A DNA stretch of 45,392 nt from Welwitschia mirabilis (taxonomy: Eukaryota), in NCBI GenBank assembly GCA_051453625.1, contig JBOZIK010000001.1, positions 30,610,726-30,656,117 of the forward strand, read 5' to 3'. Below the pieces are notes generated by a model. The model searched no databases, was not told where the DNA came from, and saw only the letters and a program-made list of their open reading frames with translations. Below, piece by piece: positions 38,101-45,392 of the stretch (position 1 is the stretch's first letter; each line of letters opens with the position of its first letter). Position numbers and translations under genes: made by a program.

Positions 38101-38261
38101 AGAAAAGGAACAAAGGAAAAAGGGGAAGAAGATAGGAAATAGAGGCAGAACAACATAAGGAATAACAAAAAAAGAATAGAAAAAGAAAGAAAGAAGGAAG
38201 GAAAGCTAGGTGATGAAAGGTAAAAGGATTTCCTAGGTATCATGGGTCATGTTGGAATACA
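35186..38261 (-). repeat. 5' LTR of the Tat-type element (contains gap 36996-37649)
   Basis: Colinear with 11466-14056, including the ATG/ATC-rich block and the GA-rich tracts. Confidence 0.82.
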
Positions 38262-38899
38262 ATAAGTATGTAATTGACTTTTTAGCTTTTGAAATAAGTT
38301 TATAGTTATTTTCATTACACTCAACTAGTAATTAGTTAACTAGTATCTTAGCAAGTAAACCTTAATCATTAAAAATCTAAATCTAAGTTACTTTTAATAT
38401 TAAAGTATCTNNNNNNNNNNNNNNNNNNNNNNNNNNNNNNNNNNNNNNNNNNNNNNNNNNNNNNNNNNNNNNNNNNNNNNNNNNNNNNNNNNNNNNNNNN
38501 NNNNNNNNNNAAAACTTAATCATTAAAAATCTAAATCTAAGTTACTTTTAATATTAAAGTATCTATAACTTAATTGATATTATTCTTGTAACATAAAAAC
38601 ATTTATTTCTATCAATTGATTATTAGAGTCATAGTTAAAATCATAACATATGTTAAAATATGCATAATTATTTTTAGTATTATAATTTTATTATATGAAG
38701 AATTCATCTAAAAGGTAGCAATTAGAATTCATATTAACTTCCCTTTCAATAGGCTTACCCCCAAAACCTTTAAGATTTTCATTTCTTTATTTAGCATTCA
38801 AGTCCATTTTCTATAACATATTTCATGTATTTCTGAGTAGGGTAAAAAATTCTAAGGTAGATTATTCTAATTAAGAATAACTATAAGAAGTTATAGCAA

Positions 38900-39450
38900 T
38901 AGCCTTAGGGGTTAACTTAGTATCTAAAGTAAATTCTTATAGGACTGTAGAAATGGTTAAGGATCCCTTAGAGAGGTAAATGTAAATATAATATATAGAA
39001 GTAGATTTTATTGTATAACTAAGTGAGACTATTAAGTTATCATTTTTTATTCAAATAAAGAGTTCAAGAATCAAGGAATTTAGCTAAATCATTCAAATAT
39101 CTTCATCAGTAGGCTTAAGAGTATTATCAATAAGATTTAGAACTCTAAGGAAATTATAATTATAAATCTTTACATGCACTTTAATATTATGTCTAAGAAT
39201 TAATAAAGTAGCTAATAAGTCTTTTTAGTTATACTAGCCATCATATCTATTAAGAAATATGGATCTAAAATCATTCCATGAGTAAACGTAGCCATTGAAT
39301 AAAGTACAGAGCCCCAAGTTAGCTTCATCTTTTAGTAGAAGACTAAACAACATACATAGCACATGTATGTGGATTGTTGTAAGAATCTAGATAGATCTTT
39401 CAAAGACGCTCATAAATTCTTCTAAGAGAATAAATTTTGAAGAATTAAAA
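38900..39450 (-). pseudogene. Gypsy gag remnant, probably of the oldest host element
   Basis: HVLCMLFSLLLKDEANLGLCTLFNGYVYSWNDFRSIFLNRYD (~39240-39365), then FLRVLNLIDNTLKPTDEDI*MI*LNSL. Confidence 0.75.
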
Positions 39451-40779
39451 GACTCAACTTAAAAAATTGAAAAGATCATTTCCTAAAATAAGTGGTGAAT
39501 TATCCATAGCTCTTTTTATTTTCTAATAGTTATGTGGTATAGGCTAAAACACTTTATGTAATAATGTGGCTTATAGGATGAGAATGAATCCCTTGAAACA
39601 AGAAATCTTCTAAGCTTTGAAAACTATTATTTTATATAGATTTCAATTTAAAGAATACAAAATACATGCATGATGAAGTTAGGCCCTCTTCTAGTACCAA
39701 AAATAATGGCTAAAGAAGAATTCCTTTTAACAACATTATTTAATTATATGGTAATCATCATTTTAAGGTTCTCGATGCTATTTCAAAGATTAAAACCTAA
39801 TGCACTGATAGATCTTGTAATAGCTTGGTGAAAAAAAAATGACTTAATAATTATAAAATAACAAATAATTTTAATTGAACCATGTTAAATGTTTTATTTT
39901 AGTAATTTTCTATGGAATGAATCAATATAAAGAAACATAAAATCTATTTTACCATAAACTTATAGGATATTAGAGATACATACTAGAAATGAAAGTATTT
40001 TAATTCATTTAAAAGAAATTATTTATTATGCAAATAATAGATAATCATAAAAATAATGCAACTAATAAGCTAGTTCTCTCATGCAGAAGGCTAAAATTCT
40101 AAATAAAACACTTATAGAACTTCTATAATACTAAATTTATAAGAAATACCAAAATCCTAAAAATTTTCATAAGCTTATGACAAATATCTGAAATAAGATA
40201 AAATATATCAAAATTTAGAAAGCTTGAAAAAAGGGGTATCTCTCTTTTACATTTATTATAATGCAACTTTATAGTAAATAAATTAGTCATAAAACTAGCC
40301 CTTATCGACCAAGCAACTATCAAACTAATACAACAATATATTAACTATCTTAATAGAAACTTGTTAAAATTTATTAATAAATTTGATTTCATCATCTTTA
40401 AATTTGTTATCAAAAATTACTTAATCTCTTTCAGGTCTTATTATGTTTGTTTGTGTATTTGGTAAATATGAACAGTAATTTCATTTAAGATATCCTACAC
40501 ATCCTATAATCACTGGGGAAAAAGAGATCTAACATCAGTAGCCAAGGCCTCTCTACTAAAGATTGAGCTTAGTAGATGCAATATTTTCTTATTTCTAACA
40601 ATTGATTTGAATTAGTAATAATTTAATGATCTAGTATAGACTAATCAATCATCTTCTCATGGAGCCCGTTAAGTAAAGAGGTAATTCATTTAGTATGATC
40701 AGAATTGTATTGAATACGATCTTTTTGGATGATAAAAGAGGTAACTATAACACTATTCACGTTAAATATTTTAGAAATA

Positions 40780-41760
40780 ATAACTAGATTCTTCATTCTA
40801 AAAAGGTTCTAATGTGATTCTTTCCTCATGAATAATTATGATTAAAAAAATAGTAAAGAAAGAACAAAACCAAATGGGAAAAAAAAAGAGATTTTATTAA
40901 AATTAAAATTAAAATAAAAGAAATGTTTCAAAGGATTAGAGACTGTAGTTAGAAATGATGATATCTCTTAGAATCTAGCATGAACATCATAGCAACAGTG
41001 AGAGTTCCTATATGAAAATATATGTTCTCTATTATAAAAATAGAAGTATTGAGATTCATTAAGACTTAAGCATGGTGACATAATCTCATTCACCATATAA
41101 GCATTAGTGAAAACTACAAGTCATCTTAGCTCTCATAGGATATATGTATAAGCATAGAAATTAGGATGTAATTTTTAAAGACTAGTAAACATTAGTATAA
41201 ACTATGAATTAATATGTAAACATGAAAAAATAACTTAGAAATAATATAAATTGCAATATATATTGTACTAAAAAAAAAGCACAAAAAATATGCAAAACAA
41301 CCCCACTTGCTATTAAAAAGATTATACCAGATATTAATTAGTATTTCTTTGACTCATCAAAAGTATTAAAATTATGTTACTAGCTACATTTAAAATAAAG
41401 AGATTAAATATAAAAACAATAGTATTTCATTGATGAAATAAATCAAAGCTATAATACATAAATAGAAAAAATTAATCTACAACTAAAATGCCATGATAGC
41501 CTTAAGGGCTAGTCCATCATAAGTGAAATATTTATAACATAGAAAGCATTAGTCTTATCATAAAGTATAATGGGATTAGTCCCTTTCCAAGCATTAAATA
41601 TGTCAAAAATTAGGATGCTTGACCATTTTTAGAGACAAGGCTTTTCTTAGAGTCATTAGAATTATTTCATCTTTTATATTAGATGAGGTGGTTGGGATTC
41701 TCCATCTTCTAGTATAATTTGATGGTTGGGATTTTATGTTGTTGCATTTAATATATTCAA
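40780..41760 (-). repeat. Highly diverged relative of the Athila-like LTRs (boundaries approximate)
   Basis: tcattaagacttaagcatggtgacataatctcattcaccatataagcattagtga...tataagcatagaa (41057-41160) matches 15978-16076 and 26935-27034. Confidence 0.55.
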
Positions 41761-43947
41761 TCAAAATTAACATGGATTATCATGATGAGTTTTGTTGAGG
41801 CAAATTGTATTACTCCTAATGATCTTATTTCTTTTTAAGTAGGTTAAGTAATTAGTTAACTTAAATAAGTGATTTATTTACCTAAATTAATGAAAAAACA
41901 AGAATTTGACTTTCATCTTGGGCTCTATTATTGAAATTTGAATTTAGCAAGGATAAAATAAATTTAATTTGAAAAAGTTTAAATCTTAAGATGAAAGTTA
42001 ATTTTTGAAACCTAATAAGTCATGAAAATGATTAAGATAATTAAAATCTAAATTATCAAAACTTAATTCATTTTCAATCCAAATTTTAAAGTAAATAGAC
42101 TAAATTTAAATTCTAATCCAAAACAATGAGATGATGAACTTCTAATAACTAGAGTGACTTATAAGGCAAATATACCAAGATGGTAATTTAAATGATCAAA
42201 ATCTATATCTTCATGATTAAATTTTAAATCCAAATTTTAAGAAAACAGATAAAGAATGTAAAGATATATTATTCTAAGAATATAACTAAAAATGGAAAAA
42301 AATCCAATTTCTATTACATAAAAACTAAATTTGGATACATAGAAAATAAAGCATGATTTTTAAATTTGAATCTATGATAAAACATATTTATACTACATAA
42401 ATAGATTTGTGAATCTAAATTTCAAACATTTAAAATAGATTTTTAACATGAGACTTCTCAAGAAATCTAACATTCTAACTTTAGAAATTGACCTTGGGAT
42501 AAAGAAAGTACTTTTGAAAAGAAAATTATAATTTTTATACTAAATTTAAATTGACTACCCTTGAACATATGACAAAATAACTAACAGAAATGAGAGATCT
42601 TCTTTTAGAGACTAAATACATACAAAAAAGGAGATTTAAACTTTACTATTTTAGTAAGGAATGTGCTAGAATTGAATAAGATTACTTTCTTGAGTTCTTT
42701 AGTGGCTTTGACTTATTAGATGGCAATATCCTCATTGGTTGATTTAATTTCTAGCATGTCTAATAATTTTTGAATGTTTTCTAAATTTCATTTGTATTTG
42801 ATCTATACCTTATCTTTGTTGGAGGGTTNNNNNNNNNNNNNNNNNNNNNNNNNNNNNNNNNNTCCAATTTTTAAGGATAAATCTCCTCATATCCATGATT
42901 ATTCTTAGATTTCCTACATTTGTATTAGATTTCTTGACATTTTAGAATAAGTGAATGGGAAAAATTATCATAATCCAATTTTTCTGCAACTACTTAACAT
43001 TCATCTGAATTTTCTGAAATTTGGATTTAAGATCAAAAATTTGTATTTATATTTAAAATATGTTTGATCTGAATTGTAGTTCACAGATATGGCTTTAATT
43101 CAGTTTTTTAGAAAATTTAGGAATTTCAATTTGTGGGGAATTTGGATTTTTAGCTTAGATTTGGATTTAAGGCTAAGAATCTAAATTAAAAGTTGGAAAT
43201 TTGAATTAAAGGGAATAGATTTAGATTTAAGGTTTTAGATTTAATTTCTATCTTCAAAAGTTAAAATTTTCACCAACAATCTTTTCCCTTTTATAATGGA
43301 AAGCTAGGGGTTTACATCATAAGTTTTCTTCCATTTTTTTGAATAAATAATTTATAGAAAAAAGATTCAGGGAAGGTTTATAAGGGATTAAGTGTTAATT
43401 AGAATATCTTTAATTTCTTCTTCCTAGTCATTCATTGCTACATTTAACCTATTTAAAGCTAAGTTAACTAGATCTACAAGACTTATTTTTGATTCTGATC
43501 CTTTTGAACTTTGTGGTATAGCATGTGCCATAACTAATCTTATGGCTACCTTCTAAAAATTTTAAAAAATTTGAAAAGATAAAATGAGTGATGTGATGAA
43601 ACTAGTTTAAGAAATATTTGTAGTTCTAGATTTTTTCATCTTAGTGCTTTAAGTTTTACATCAAGCTAGACCTTTAAGTGTTCTAATCTTCAATTATTTT
43701 GGTTGTTTTAGCATTTTCATTAATTTACCTGATGATTCCATTCTTACAAATAGAAATTAGTAAACATGATAAAGTATCACATTCTTTTATACATAATGCT
43801 TAAAAGAAAGTTAATTTCAAAGAAAGGATAAAAGAAAAGTAAATAAAAGAAAAAATTGAAGGATGAATGCATGAGTTTTTTTTAATTTTTTCTTCTTTTT
43901 TAAAAAATAATAATAATAATACTTCTTAAGATAATGAGAATTTACTA

Positions 43948-43949
<2 letters not shown>

Positions 43950-44019
<70 letters not shown>

Positions 44020-44648
44020 NNNNNNNNNNNNNNNNNNNNNNNNNNNNNNNNNNNNNNNNNNNNNNNNNNNNNNNNNNNNNNNNNNNNNNNNNNNNNNNNN
44101 NNNNNNNNNNNNNNNNNNNNNNNNNNNNNNNNNNNNNNNNNNNNNNNNNNNNNNNNNNNNNNNNNNNNNNNNNNNNNNNNNNNNNNNNNNNNNNNNNNNN
44201 NNNNNNNNNNNNNNNNNNNNNNNNNNNNNNNNNNNNNNNNNNNNNNNNNNNNNNNNNNNNNNNNNNNNNNNNNNNNNNNNNNNNNNNNNNNNNNNNNNNN
44301 NNNNNNNNNNNNNNNNNNNNNNNNNNNNNNNNNNNNNNNNNNNNNNNNNNNNNNNNNNNNNNNNNNNNNNNNNNNNNNNNNNNNNNNNNNNNNNNNNNNN
44401 NNNNNNNNNNNNNNNNNNNNNNNNNNNNNNNNNNNNNNNNNNNNNNNNNNNNNNNNNNNNNNNNNNNNNNNNNNNNNNNNNNNNNNNNNNNNNNNNNNNN
44501 NNNNNNNNNNNNNNNNNNNNNNNNNNNNNNNNNNNNNNNNNNNNNNNNNNNNNNNNNNNNNNNNNNNNNNNNNNNNNNNNNNNNNNNNNNNNNNNNNNNN
44601 NNNNNNNNNNNNNNNNNNNNNNNNNNNNNNNNNNNNNNNNNNNNNNNN

Positions 44649-44697
<49 letters not shown>
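43950..44697. repeat. (CT)n microsatellite on both sides of a gap
   Basis: Pure CT repeats at 43950-44019 and 44649-44697. Confidence 0.95.
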
Positions 44698-44700
<3 letters not shown>

Positions 44701-45392
44701 CCCCAATTTCCATCAATATCTTTTAACTTGTATGTTCCTTTGACATATTTTCTAAAACTCATAAGTGATCCTAACTAGTTTGGATTAAATTTAGATTTTT
44801 TCTCTATGAGATTCATTTTGAGAACTAGGTCATTGACTATATAGATTTTATGGTCAAGATTTATTTCTAATAATAACTTGAATCTCTGTGAGTCTTTTGG
44901 TTTGTTCTTCATTTGTGATTTTCCAATATTTGATCATTATCCTTAATGTTGAAATATGAATTTCAATTGATGAAATGGCTTTAGTTCTATTGCACTACTA
45001 AATTGTATGTAGTTGATAGGATATTTTGGTTTGTTTTATAGGACATTAGATAGGTTTGTGCTAAGTTTAAACTATAATGAAGAGCTAAGGCAGATATCAC
45101 AAAAATATGCAATCTTCATTACATTTGACAACAATTTAGGTAAAATAAATACTTCCTATCTAAAGCAGCAACCATGTAATCAAAGAGGTTGATCTAATAT
45201 AAGAAATACCTTTATAAAGCCTATTGTCCACCTTATCTATCTGGGTTACAGATGATAAAATAACTCATGCTAATTAGGATACTTACTGGACTAATTTGAT
45301 AGCTAATGTAAATCTTATATGATGTGGCATCATTCTTTGTGATGTTTAAAAAACCAATAGGATAACATATAAATATAATGCTTTATCAAATT

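Larger units (their letters stand above)
11466..38261 (-). mobile_element. Ty3/Gypsy Tat-type LTR retrotransposon with GAG-PROT-aRH-RT-RH-INT order (TatI/TatII-like), decayed, carrying a ~12.4-kb nested insertion
   Basis: Long direct repeats at 11466-14056 and 35186-38261 with TG...CA ends, a PPT next to the left copy, and all pol domains recognisable at 29090-34900. TSD is imperfect (attaa/ataag) and the PBS is unclear. Confidence 0.8.

Noticed and set aside
369-44762. Long ORFs made mostly of X (369-908, 6892-7963, 10480-11343, 36787-37691, 43817-44762)
   Set aside because: Artefacts of N gaps lacking stop codons. The ER repeats are the CT microsatellite.
44698-45392. Possible host gene 5' UTR/intron after the CT microsatellite
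   Set aside because: No exon or ORF evidence within the window, so it cannot be supported.

Overview
AT-rich, CpG-depleted plant (probably seed-plant) heterochromatin-type DNA with eight assembly gaps. I find no intact gene, RNA gene or CRISPR array. Almost everything resolves into old, nested LTR retrotransposons, all on the minus strand. (1) An ancient Tat-type Gypsy host element has gag remnants at ~38.3-39.45 kb and protease (tandemly duplicated) plus archaeal-type RNase H (aRH) at ~1.6-3.66 kb. (2) A Copia Sirevirus (SIRE)-type element is inserted in it at 3662-11316, with a perfect TCTTT target-site duplication (TSD), tRNA-iMet primer-binding site (PBS), multiple polypurine tracts (PPTs), gag-protease and an env-like ORF, but no visible INT/RT/RH. 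(3) A second Tat-type Gypsy element sits at 11466-38261 with ~2.6-3 kb LTRs and decayed domain order GAG-PROT-aRH-RT-RH-INT plus an antisense extra-ORF remnant. (4) An Athila-like non-autonomous complex with three related LTRs (15702-28118) is nested in element 3. The most interesting point is the PROT-aRH-RT order, seen in two independent copies. This TatI/TatII-type layout is described mainly from lycophytes/gymnosperms, yet here it shares a locus with a Sirevirus, a lineage described from angiosperms. All domain calls come from manual translation of stop- and frameshift-riddled sequence and need HMM confirmation. I see no evidence of a new functional gene system.
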